From the NCBI RefSeq assembly GCF_001194135.2, contig NC_068998.1:33894316-33958315 (forward strand): a stretch of DNA of 64,000 nt. Reading direction: 5' to 3'. The position numbers were made by a program, and so were the translations under genes. Source of the stretch: Octopus bimaculoides (lineage: Eukaryota). Position 1 is the stretch's first letter. Each line of letters begins with the position of its first letter. This document shows, piece after piece, positions 11,840-23,976 of this stretch. Under the pieces are notes generated by a model that saw only the letters and a program-made list of their open reading frames with translations, made no database searches and was not told the DNA's origin.

Positions 11840-12699
11840 AGATGTATTCTTGTTAACTTCTACAGAAGCACACCATTATTGGTTTTGAAGGTGTAAACAT
11901 TACTGGCTTACTTGTTGATGTTTAGACTGATGGCAGTGGTGACAAGCATAGGAATACAAGGTGTAATTGTAAGCATAGCTTGTTTAATTGATTAATTTGA
12001 ATTAAGCTGTTCAGAAAGAAGGTGTATATTTTTACTTTATTGCCAAAAAAGACTATAAAGTTATATCAAGTGTCAAAGAACTCCAGAAACATAGGTCAGT
12101 ATTATACCCTACCAACGTCAAAGGTGGATCTAACTGGATGAAGTAGTCCTTGATCATTTGTCAGGAAGAAAACTGAATGGGCCTAATTGGAGCATCATTA
12201 ATCATATGGCTTGTCTTTTAATGTTGGGCTGAATGACTACAACTATCCTTACTTCTATACGCACAACTATGCAGTTTCAGTCATCACCGTTCATCTCCCC
12301 ACCATTCCTGTCCTTATTAGGGTTGACATGGGGCTAAACGATCACAACAAAAATGCAAATCTCAGTCACTATCACCACTGTTACAACCATCTTTCTTTAA
12401 TACTTCCCAGCCACACCACCATTGCCACCGGTCTAACCATTAACAGCTGAATCCGTAATGTTTTCATCTCAACACCAATACTTGTGTGCCTCTGTAGGAG
12501 TTAACAAGAGTACCTCTATATGATCCAGTAAAGATATCCCTACTATTGTTGCTCAAATTGCTATAAAAAGCAGTGAAATTACAATCACATTTGCTCCCCT
12601 AAAAAGGAAAGGATACTTTAGATCATTAATGCAATTTGTTGAAGGATCAAGGATGATTGTCCCTCTAATCCAACTTCTTGTGGGTGCACAGGTGACCCC

Positions 12700-13000
12700 A
12701 TAGGCCATTGTAGTATCTGCAAGCTGGTAGGGATGAAGGTTACCTACATTGTTTTGTTTAGCATGGTGTACATCAGTTTCATCTTGGTCTTAAGAGTAAG
12801 ATTGCATTGATTCCATAGCCGAGTATCCCAGACAATTAGAGCAAGCAAAGTGTTTCAATCTTCATCCACTGTCATTGCAGCTTCTGGATTTTAGATTTCA
12901 TTGTTGCTTTGGTATTTCGAGGCATGACAGGTTATCAGCACTTGCCAAAATTACTGCTTCAAGTCAGCTGAGGGGATGGGTGTCTAAATGTTCCTTTCAC
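12700..13000 (-). mobile_element. Very degenerate RTE-like ORF2 fragment
   Basis: Minus-strand TVDED*...RLWNQCNLTLKTKMKL resembles the post-RT RVWxNxxLSLKTKIRL segment of RTE elements. Confidence 0.4.
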
Positions 13001-14275
13001 ATAAACTGGAAATAGATCCTAGGTCTACTGGATCAGAATTTTTCCTACAAGCTAAACAGTAGCAATAAAAACAACTTGGAACTTGAAGAAAGACAGTTAT
13101 TCAATCAAGTGGATGCTTGCTAATGTAGTTACCACTTATTCTAACATTAACATCTTCAAAACATTTTTAGCTCATTTCTACAGCACTTCTACAGCCCTTC
13201 TCCTTTATTTTTTTAAACTCTTTTTTTTTGTATTTCCTTCTATTGAGAGTAAGGGTTAATATCCAAGCATCACTGCTGGGTAAATGTAAGTTATTATTTT
13301 TGCAAACATTTCACACCTAATTAAGAACTGAAAGCTCATTAATCAGATTGCCAATACAATATATGTTTTCTGTTTGTACACTCCTTTTGAAATCAGCAAA
13401 AATACTGGCCTAAAATTATTTCAATGCCACACAGAAAATTCAATCTAAGCTTACATTCTAACAAGTACACACTACCTCCTCTTTATGTTTACTAATACTT
13501 GTTAGACAGCTTGCAAATTTGATTTCTCTCAATCAATCCATTCTTTTACTGATTTTCTCCAACATACCCTCTCTTCCTCTCTCTCTTCTTTTCCCATTTA
13601 TTTTGGTGGTTGAGGATCATTCACTGCTTTTGTGTGTATATATATGTGTTGTGGTTTGGCACTATTATTGCTGCTGTTGTTATTGTCGATGCTGTTACAG
13701 TCTGTGTTCTGTTTCTTTTGTAGTTGATGCTGCTGTCACTGCTGATATAATTGCTGTTACTATTACATTTGTGGATGGGGTTTTTTTTTGTCTCTTCTTT
13801 TTGCTTAGTTGAACTGTTTTTACTGTTTTTGCAGGTGTTTTGGGACTGTTTTTGTTGATGTTGCTTCTGCTGCAAGTTGTTATTGTTACTGTTGTTGTTA
13901 TTGCAGTAGTAGTGATTGTTGCTGTAGTTTTTGTTTGTAGTTGTTAGTGTCGCCCACTGTTGAAGCTGCCAGTATTTTTCTTGTTATTATTGCAATAGTT
14001 TTGGCTCTTTTTGTCATTGATATAGTTGCTGTTGTTATTGCTATGGTTGTGGCTGCTGTTATTGTTCAATTATTTATTAAATCGGAAATCAGAAATATTC
14101 TGTTTTGTGGCTGTAATGTTGCTGGAAGCAATATTATCAATGACAATACAGTGAAGTCTTATATACATATAAATACATACATATATATATGTATGTATAT
14201 TTGTTTATATATATGTGTATGTATATTTATTTATATATATATAGAGAGAGATATAAACATTTATATACATACATG

Positions 14276-14310
<35 letters not shown>

Positions 14311-16175
14311 ATGCACATATGAATGTATTTGGTGTTTGTGTGCATGTCTGTGATAAATATTTAGTTCATTCTGCTTTATTTCTTAGTTTTGTTTTCCCCA
14401 AGCTGACAATAGAGTGTTGGTTCCCTGCTATTATAGACTTTACTTGTACTAAAGAAGAGAGGATAGCTTTAGATGGATTACATTGATGCAGTGTATAATT
14501 CAATTTCTTTCAAAGAAATGATTGTCTGAAAAGGTGAGGCAAACAAGCATTGAAATTAAAAATATATTTTCAAATCAGGTGTTTAATAGTGAAAGTATTG
14601 ACTTATTTTGAATAGACTTGAGTCCAGTTTTGATAAAAATTAACAAGAAATTTGTTGAAAATTACTTAAGTATATTACTGGTATCTATTTTAATGAATGA
14701 AGGGTAATGAAAAGCACAGCTACCTCTTTAGTAAGATATGAATTCGAAATATAGGGAGAAGAAGTAGGTATAGCTGCATGGTTAAGAAGTTTGCTTCTTA
14801 GTCTGTTCTTGATCTGTGGCATCTTTGATTTTTAGTCTGTTCTTGATCTGTGGCATCTTTGATAAGTATCTTCAAGTATAGCAGCAAGCTGATCATTGCC
14901 TTGTAATTGAAACTGGTTGACAGAAACTGCACAGAAGCCCATCATATATGTAGAAATATGTGTGTTTGTTTTCTCCTTTGGGATTTATGTCATCATATAG
15001 GTAGTGTCATTGTTTATGTCTACCATTAAAACATGCCTAGTCATTAAATAGTTTGTCAGTAATCAATTCAAAGGACAGGAGTACCATGTACCTCACTTGG
15101 AAATAAGTAAGGGTGGACAACAAGGAGAACATTTGGTTGGAGAACCCTGACTCAATAAGTTTCATGTAATCCTACCAGCATGGAAAAAGCAGACATGATG
15201 ATGATGATGATGATGAAGATGATGATGATGATGATGATGGTGGAGTCAGAGGCAGCAGCAGCAGAGTCAGTGGCAGCAATGGAGGGAAAGGTGATAGGTG
15301 TGATGGCAGTGTTGAGGGCAATGTTGATGATGTTGTCAACAATCATGATAACAACAACAAATTACAGTATTTCAGATGGCCAACAAACTTTCAAAAATGA
15401 AATTTTGGGACATATTTACAAATTAGGGCCAGAAAAACATGATGACAAAGAGAGACAGATGGATAGACTGAAGCAGTTAAAGACTCCATAATTTATGGTA
15501 TGTCTTTACCAACAATGTTCCTTGTAATGAATTTCGTTTTTTATTAAGAAATTTCAAGTCCACATCTACTGGAATAGTGCACTAAAATGGATTTTATACT
15601 GTTCAATAAGGACCGTTTCCATTTGAACTCAAATAACGCCAGATACATGGTTGATTTTAGTCACAGCTAAAGTTAGAAATTTTTCCAGTATGAAAAATTT
15701 GTCAGTGGAGAAACACATTTTGACAGAATAATTATTTTCACTAAAACTTTTTGATAGTATTTTAGCTCATAATCATTTAGTGTGCAAGCTATTGAACTGT
15801 TGTAGTTTTGTTTTGGAGAAGGCCCTGACCTAACCTTTAAGTGCACAGTTAATTATATTGTATATTTCTATCAGTTTACATTGTTGACTGTACAGAGACA
15901 ATTAACTTTTAAATTATTGTTATCAAAAATATTGGGGTGAGTGAGGTTGGTAGAGAAATGCTTTCTAATTAGTCTTAAGAAATTTATAGTTATATTAGAT
16001 GCTAATTTCATACCAAAATGGAAGTTGAACAAAATTGTTTGTTCCTGGCTTTATTATTCTGTAGGTTTTGTTCTAGTTGATATTTTAACTTTTTCTATGA
16101 AACCCATCTTATTCTCTAGTATCATTATAACAGAAGTATCAGCTGGATTTGTCAAGTAATATATTTGACAGTTCA

Positions 16176-16356
16176 AGGTGGTGAGCTGGCAGAAACGTTT
16201 TCATGCTGGGTGAAATGCTTAATGGTATTTTGTCTGTCTTTACTTTCTGAGTTCAAATTCTGCCAAGGTCAGCCTTACCTTTCATCGTTTTGAGGTCGAT
16301 CTAATCGACTGGCCCCCTCCCCCAAAATTTCAGGCCTTGTGCCTAAAGTAGAAAAG
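16176..16356 (+). mobile_element. tRNA-derived SINE, family B, with 18-bp TSD and internal deletion
   Basis: ggtggtgagctggcagaaacg...ttctgagttcaaattc...ggccttgtgcctaaagtagaaaag; TSD aatatatttgacagttca (16158-16175) / aatacatttggcagttca (16357-16374); lacks the segment between two ggtcgat repeats seen in the 38012 copy. Confidence 0.85.
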
Positions 16357-16577
16357 AATACATTTGGCAGTTCATGAATGTAGGAAAAAATAATGATAAA
16401 CACAAGTTTATATTAAAGAGAACACTTTATTGTACAGGTTCTGGAGTGAATGAGCATCAATATGCCTTTGGAAATTCCATCATAGGGTTCCAAATAAACA
16501 TAATGGTAAAACATACATAGGAACTTTAAAATAAACTAATGTTTATCCTTATTTTTCCTGTTCATACACACATGCAT

Positions 16578-16610
<33 letters not shown>

Positions 16611-17129
16611 TGCGCACACACACACACACACACACATGTACGTGTATATAAATAATAACACAAATGGGCTGAAGTTCACTTCAGCTGTTTCAAGTTAAGT
16701 TCTTCGCAATTACATCATGTATAAAAACTTTTGCTTCAGGTGAATTAAAATCAAGGAGAAAACGTTTTTATTTTTTCACATTACATAAATGATTTGTTCA
16801 TCAATAAACAACATGCCTTAAACAGCTGTAGTGAGCCTCAGCCCATTAGTGTTATTATTTATACTACATCACACTCAGAACCTTCTCTGTGCTGGATTTT
16901 GACCTTATGGTAGACCATGGACTGCATATCACTTGTGTGATTTTACATATATGTTGAATGTATTTGGTCTATACTTCTGGATGTATGCATAACTGGAAGG
17001 TGTATACTTTAATAAGTACATGAGTATCTGTTCACACTGTTGATACAAGGGTATGCTGTCTTTGAACTCTACTTTGGTGTCTTTGTTATTAAAATACCTC
17101 AATTCTATTGCATCTTGAACATATATATA

Positions 17130-17158
17130 NNNNNNNNNNNNNNNNNNNNNNNNNNNNN
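17130..17158. other. Assembly gap (N run)
   Basis: 29 N within (TA)n. Confidence 1.
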
Positions 17159-17191
<33 letters not shown>

Positions 17192-17200
17192 TATATATAC

Positions 17201-17456
17201 AAAAAAATTTTCAGAATGAGATAAAAATCCAAGGCTGTGAAAGATTTTAGAACATTTATATATAGAAGGTCTTACTGCTGTTTCCGGGATATTTTATATA
17301 TTTTAGATAAAATAACTATTGCTTAACCATTTTCTCACACCGTCTCCGATGAAGGGATATATAAAATATCCTGAAAACAGCTGTAAGACCTTCTATTTAT
17401 AAATGTTCTAAAATCTTTCACACCCTTGGATTTTCATCTCATTCTGAAAATTTTTT
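17201..17456. mobile_element. Inverted-repeat element (100-bp arms, 57-bp spacer), Penelope pseudo-LTR-like
   Basis: 17201-17300 is the reverse complement of 17358-17456 with about 6 mismatches; flanked by TA/CA microsatellite; contains a hammerhead-like motif. Confidence 0.75.
17342..17389 (+). ncRNA. Type I minimal hammerhead-ribozyme-like motif, variant core CCGAUGA (degenerate copy)
   Basis: gtct CCGATGA A GGGATAT ataaa ATATCCT G AAA ACAGCTGT A agac: stem I gtct/agac, 7-bp stem II, palindromic stem III, GUA triplet. The inverted arm supplies ATATCCC G GAAA. Confidence 0.6.
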
Positions 17457-17855
17457 ATATATGCACATGCTGATATATGACCTACGCTGGACTCCTCATT
17501 CACATAATCACTGAACCTGGAGCTTAACTATAGTCTGTCCATAGCACTTACTCAGCATTACCTGACACCTTTGGATCTTATTGACACCATTACCTCCATA
17601 TACGATATTGAGATTATATGGATTTTATCACATTTCTAGGTATATGTCATCAGGAAGGTTTCACTGACCCACAACACCACTTTTGAAAACACAAGGATTA
17701 CATGTAGGGTTCGAACTCGATCACTTTTCGTCAACATGGTAATGCTCACGAATGGAACTTTATGAAAAGCATGATGCATGTTCGAAATGTTAACTCATTA
17801 GGTGTAAAAGACCTAAATCTAAAAGCCTGTCATTTGTTTCCTGAACACAGCAAGC

Positions 17856-18041
17856 ATGCCAAAACTGACATGGAATCAGGGGAAGTAAGCAATCAGCTGT
17901 CTCCATACTGGTCAACGTCCATGGGTCATGGCTAATGACTTGAAACTGCAGTATTTGGACAATTGAGTGGCTAAGAGAACAATACAATGCTACAAACAGC
18001 ACTGATGATCATCAACACAGTGGCCGACCAAGGGTTGCAAG
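17856..18041 (+). pseudogene. Tc1-family transposase N-terminal remnant
   Basis: MPKLTWNQGK*AISCLHTGQRPWVMANDL[fs]NCSIWTIEWLREQYNATNSTDDHQHSGRPRVA matches the Tc1 paired-like HTH ending in SGRPR. Confidence 0.7.
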
Positions 18042-19543
18042 TTGTTGGATTTTTCTGAATCCCTCACATATACCATGTCAATTTTTCTTCACTAGTCAGT
18101 TCGTAAGTTTCTGAGCTGCACATACTGTGGTAGTGACACAAAAACAAATACAAAAGTAAGGCCATAATAATAGTATGAGCAACATTAGCAAACCAAAATA
18201 AGGGTGATTCCAATAATAATAAAAGTAACAGCAGAATCAAATCTGTTTGAGTGGTAGTGATGAAAAGTAAAAAAAGAATAAAACCCAAAGATGTTTTTAC
18301 CAATCAAGTAGACAGAGTGTGCCAATGGAGTACAAAACAATAAATAAAACTACAAATTATTTTATTCGCTATCATGTTGTCTCTGTTTTTATTGCTATGC
18401 AGTCTTTTTTCAACCCTAAACATCTATTTTGAATCATCTATTATCTTTATGTTTTTCTGTTGTTTGGCTTCAAATGACTCTCGTAAACCCTGCTTAACTG
18501 TAGTCTTAATTTCTTTTCTATATTATATATATATATTCCTGTTTATTTACTTTCGCTCTTGCTTTTTAAACATACAAATGCAACATCACACACTTACATT
18601 TTTTAAAATCTAGATTCACACTCATACATGCTCCCACTGCCAGTCATCCACCAGTCTTCCCTTACTCAGTTGTGAAGTTTGTTTACTCCCTGTGTGTTCC
18701 TTTTTTCACATCCACTTTTACCTCATTTGTGTCATGAAATCTTTGCTTCCTAAAACAATCCTTCATTGGACAAAACAGGCAGAAATTAGAGGGCCCCTGA
18801 TCTATGCTTTGTGGTTGAAGGGGAAACACTGACCAGCCCAATTTATCAATTGCTTGATTTGTTGCTGAATATGTGTTTGATCACATATTGTCATGGTGAA
18901 GAAATGTTTTTTCAGATTCTTGTCTAGTCTCTTTTCCCTGATGGTTTTCCTATGCTTTTTGAGTGTTTCAATGCACACAAACACATTCCAGAATATCAAG
19001 GAGAATAACGTTCATGTCATTCTCCTAAACAGTCACCACGACTTCGTGCCAATCACTGGCTTTTGACCTTCTTAGGCCTTGGTGGAGAGATGTAACATCT
19101 TTCCATGGATTAAGCTTTCATTTCTGGATCAGGAAGATATGCACCATGTTTCATCCCCTGTCAACCAATCACAAAAAAAAAAAACAAGATGTCTTCATTG
19201 GTTTCAACCTCTTCCAGCAGATTAAAGCAAACTTCCACTGTTCTATCTTTCAAATTGGGTATCAACTACCTTGGTACCCACGTTGCATATACTTTCTGTT
19301 ACCCAAATTCTTCCATCACCTTCTAGACTGTTCTGTGACTACAGCTCAGTTGTGCAGCAAGCTCATGGATTGTACTTCTTTTGTCCACATGAATCATCTC
19401 ATCCACTCAATGGTGATTCATGTCAATGGTCACACTTGGTGGTTTCCCATTACATGGCTTGTTTGTACTGCTAGTTTGTCTTTCTTTAAACATTTTTATC
19501 ATGCAGATTCATGAAGCATTCCATATTTTTAGAAAACTAACAG

Positions 19544-20252
19544 GCGCAAGTGTGGCTGAGTGCTAAGAAGCTTGCTTCCCAACCACATAGTCCTGAGTTC
19601 AGTTCCACTGCATGGCACCTTGGGCAAGTGTCTTCTACTAGAGCCCCTAGCTGGCAAAAGCCTTGTGAGTGGATTCAGTAGATGGAAACTGAAAGAAGAC
19701 CATCGCACATGTGTGTGTGTGTTTTTGTGTCAGTGTTTGTCACCCAGCACTGCTTGACAACTGGTGTTGATGTGTTTACATGCCTGTAACTTGGCAGTTT
19801 GACAAAGAGACTGGTAGAATAAGTATCAGGCTTAAAAACTAAAAAAGTACTGAGGTTGATACATCCAACTAAAAAGCATGGCTCCAGTCTAATGACTGAA
19901 ACAAGGAGCACTCTATTGGTTGAAGGTCCCAGCTGATCCGATCAATGGAACAGCTTGCTCATGAAATTAACATGCAAGTGGCTGAGCAATCCACAGACAC
20001 GTGTACCCCTAACATAGTTCTCAGGGAGATTCAGCATGACACAGTGTGACAAGGCTGGCCATTTGAAATACAGGTACAATTCATTTTTGCCAGCTGAGTG
20101 GACTGGAGCAATGTGAAATAAAGTGTCTTGCTCAAGTACATAACACATTGCCAGGAATTGAACTTACAACCTTACAATCGGGAGTCAAATGCCCTAACCA
20201 CTAAGCCACACACCCTCATGACTGAAACAAGTAAAAGATAAAAGATAAAAGA
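19544..20252 (+). mobile_element. tRNA-derived SINE, family A, interrupted by a family C SINE
   Basis: A/B-box-like head gtggctgagtgctaagaag...gagttcagttcc; ccttgggcaagtgtctt; tail gaaacaagtaaaagataaaaga at 20218-20252. Confidence 0.85.
19906..20217 (-). mobile_element. tRNA-derived SINE, family C, with perfect 14-bp TSD
   Basis: Minus head ggtgtgtggcttagtggttagggc...aagttcaattcc; TSD atgactgaaacaag at 19892-19905 and 20218-20231. Partial copies near 32030-32170 and 46590-46745. Confidence 0.9.
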
Positions 20253-21966
20253 ATTTGTGCACAATGCTATTGCTAATGGTCTTATTCCCATAAACAACAT
20301 GTGGCCTTCTGTGGATTTCAGACAGCCTGCACTCCTTCTTCATCAGAACTCAATGAGGGCACAATGCTTCTTCTTTGGGCCCATTATCTGCAAGCAGTGA
20401 AAAGGGGCAGAAAAAGGAGTTACTATGGAGGAAAAGTTACAAAGTTACATACCAACACGTGCAATTTAAATGACCTAAATGAGATAATAAAAATGTTATG
20501 GCCTACTTTGTATTACTTTTGATATAAGCCTTGTATTGCATTTATACTTCTTTGTTGTTGTTTCAAATAGGCTAGAAAATGTGTTTATATGCAAAAAGAG
20601 TAGAAAAATTTCAAGTCTCACAGTTTTCACTTGTAAATAATCTTTGTTTCTTGGGGAAATGGAAAGAAAATATTAAGATTGTTGTGATTTTCCTCTATGT
20701 AGATTCTAATTTAATGTGAAGAGAATTTATTTCTGAAACTGAACTAATCAATTTAGTTTTTAAAGATTTATTCATGATTCTAACTTAAGAGGTTCCAATT
20801 AATGAATTATCAAAAAATCATTTTTCAGGATATATTGTCAGGAATTATTGAAAAAACTAGAATGCTAATTTGAGTCATTGCAATGGTTTTGTCATTTTAA
20901 TTTTCTTTTTCATTGAGACAGAAAAACATTTTGCTTTCTTTCACTTTTTAGATTTAAAAAAAAAAAATTGTATCTGCAAAATTCACAAGATTAATATATT
21001 GATTCAATCACATTAATGTGTTTGAGGGAGGAAAAGCAATGTTCAATACTTAATGGTTTTCTTTATTAAATTTTAATTTAAAATATTTCATATCTGAGGA
21101 TAATAGTCAAGTTTTCTGTACATGTAAATGCTCTCCAAAATTTTCTAAAATTTTCTATAAGAACAAGCTTTCTGTCATTTGAAGGGAATTTTATCAATCA
21201 TTTTTTAAACTACATTTTGTTTTGTGCAGCAATATTATTAATAGTAGTGATGAAGTCGAATCAGCATGATCAGGTTTTTCACTCAAACTCATGCAAAATT
21301 TATGCTATCATGACATTCAGACACCATTTCACTTAAAACAAGTATTTGTTAGATATTCACTAGATGTCCATCATTAAAGAAAACCTGTTACTTGGGCTTA
21401 AAATGAATCCTTTAATACATTTTAGAAATGCATAAATTTATGATATAACCGATATCTGTATACATACATAAATATATACATGCATACATATATACATACA
21501 TACGTACATATGTACGTGTATGTGTGTGAGTGTTTTCTTTTTTTTTTTAGTGATTTTCACCTACCTCAAATGATCACTCAATGTCTTTCTATAATCACAT
21601 CTGTTGCCACCTACAAACATAACATTTCTATAGAGTGATAGAACCAACTAACAAAACGAAGTGATTTGAGATTACCTTTCAACTAAAGCGATATCTAAAC
21701 ATAAATTGTTAATAAGAAAATCTGGGAAAAAATTTTAATCATTGATAAAATTATTAAATTCAAACACACACAAAGCTCAAGCACACACACAGACACTCCA
21801 ACATGTGCATACATACAAATGCACATCTTGAAATAGAGTAGGAAAGAGTTAGTGTTTGTTGCAAATGCATGAAGTTATAATTACAAACATTTAAATACAT
21901 ACATCTGTACATATTTGTATGTATCTTTTATTGCTTTCAGTCATGGGCCGTGATCATGCTGGGGGG

Positions 21967-21976
21967 NNNNNNNNNN
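21967..21976. other. Assembly gap (10 N)
   Basis: N run. Confidence 1.
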
Positions 21977-22195
21977 CTGGAGTGTTTTGTCTGGTATTTG
22001 TTGATGGATTGGCAGAATCAATGAAACATTGGACAAAATGGTCCAGTGATGTTTAAATATGTCTCTCTCTCTATGATTTGAGTTTCAATCCCACTAAAAT
22101 AAACTTTGCCTTTTCTCCTTCTGAGAGTTATTAAAATAGAGTATTAGTCAAGTACTAAGTCAAATACTAATTCAGGCTGGATGTGAATGGAATAC

Positions 22196-22320
22196 TCCTT
22201 TTTCCTTTTATTTGTTTCAGTCATTTGACTGTGGCCATGCTGGAGCACCACCTTGAAGGGTTTTAGTCAAAATAATCGACCTCAGGACATTTTTTAATTA
22301 ATTAAGCCTAGTACTTAATC
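22196..22320 (-). mobile_element. SINE family A, 3' part, head-to-head with the next copy
   Basis: Reverse complement of the 3' segment of 22324-22796 (gtactaggctt...gtgctccagcatgg...gactgaaacaa). Confidence 0.75.
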
Positions 22321-22323
22321 ACA

Positions 22324-22796
<473 letters not shown>

Positions 22797-22840
22797 TTCT
22801 ATCGGCCTCTTTTGCCAACACACACACACATGCACATATA

Positions 22841-23491
22841 CACAAGGAGAAGTCAAAAATTATCCACACTTTCACCATACCAGAACTTTATTATTGTCAC
22901 ACTGCCTTCTGTGCATGCATGCTTATAGTTGGTACTATTGTCATCATATGATCGAAGTTTGAGTTTGATCATGCCATTTTTCTTTCAGCTTCACCGTGTA
23001 AGCAAAGCTGCTCCACTAGCAACATGCACCAAAGAAGAACAAAGAGCAGCGATCCAAGAGATTGTAATGGTGAACTGATTCACCATTACCATCCCTTGAG
23101 CTAGCTGAATCTTTTCATCAGTGGTGGAGGTTGATGGGCATCCTGCTCCCTCTTCATGTATCATGCTGGTCCAGCCACTTTTAAACTTCTCGACTCACTC
23201 ATACACACTTCTACACAGTAGTGCTCTGTTCCTGTATTATGCTAAAAGCCTCTGATGAATTTCAGCACCTGACACACTTTTTGACCAGACAAATCGGATC
23301 ACTGCTTTTTGTTCTTCTTTGGTGCACATTGCTAGTGAAGCAGCCATGCTTACACTGTAAAGCCAGAAAGAAAAAAATGGCTCAATCAAACTCAAATTTC
23401 GATCATGTGGCCACAATAGTACTAACTATAAGCACTCATGTACAGAAGGCAGTGCAACAATAATAAAAATATTTTTTGACTTCCCTTCGTA
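22841..23491. mobile_element. Foldback non-autonomous mariner derivative made of two 5' ends
   Basis: About 200-bp inverted arms (22841-23055 / 23296-23491); ends cacaaggagaagtcaaaa / tacgaagggaagtcaaaa flanked by TA; minus strand encodes MAASLAMCTKEEQKAVIRF...AEIHQRL...SVYE*VEKFKSG...GCPSTSTTDE. Confidence 0.9.
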
Positions 23492-23501
23492 TATATATAT
23501 A

Positions 23502-23549
<48 letters not shown>

Positions 23550-23551
<2 letters not shown>

Positions 23552-23690
23552 ATGGGCTTCTTTCAGTTTCCATCTATCAAATCCTCCCACAAGGCTCTGG
23601 ACAGCCCAACGTTTTAGTAGAAGACACTTGCCCAAGGTGCATCACAATGGGATTGAACCCTGAACCATATGGTTGGAAACCAAGCTTCTT
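23550..23690 (-). mobile_element. SINE family A, 5' half
   Basis: gatgggcttctttcagtttcc...gacacttgcccaagg...tgaaccatatggttggaaaccaagcttctt. Confidence 0.75.
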
Positions 23691-23870
23691 CAAGTAATAT
23701 AAATAGAATGTAAAAGAACATGACCTTATGCTACAATATGTTTTTGTTAAATACCAACATCCCTTACCAATGTATGTATACACACACAAATACATATGCC
23801 CATACATACATATGTATATATAAAAGCCTATGTTATTATTTTGTTTGTTGGTTCTGTCACGTAAGAATAT

Positions 23871-23976
<106 letters not shown>

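Larger units (their letters stand above)
18610..20535 (-). mobile_element. Decayed mariner element split by nested SINEs
   Basis: 5' TIR-like tacaaggcttatatcaaaaagtaat at 20535; N-terminus ALIEF..EIHRRPHVVYGNKTISNSIVHK (20251-20380) continues after the insertion as IKMFKERQTS...TWVPR*L...PDPEMKA*SME...KDCFRKQRFHD (19500-18640). 3' TIR not found. Confidence 0.85.

Noticed and set aside
13519-14486. Hydrophobic, membrane-protein-looking ORFs
   Set aside because: Derived from degenerate (GTT/GCT)n and (GT)n repeats.
14798-14863. 32-bp perfect tandem duplication (also a 28-bp one at 42011-42066)
   Set aside because: Two units only, inside decayed retroelements; ordinary slippage, not a CRISPR or functional array.
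15180-15497. Poly-Met ORF and exon-like DGQQTFKNEILGH...KTP*
   Set aside because: The N-terminal part is (GAT)n; the acceptor is purine-rich, there is an in-frame stop before the donor, and no homology was recognised.
16929-17120. 62-codon open stretch QDAIELRYFNNKDTKVEF... next to the family 1 element
   Set aside because: No Penelope RT or GIY-YIG motif recognised; length is compatible with chance.
17705-17725. B-box-like gagttcgaaccc on the minus strand (possible tRNA gene)
   Set aside because: No A box at proper spacing and no cloverleaf. SINE heads elsewhere are also not tRNA genes.
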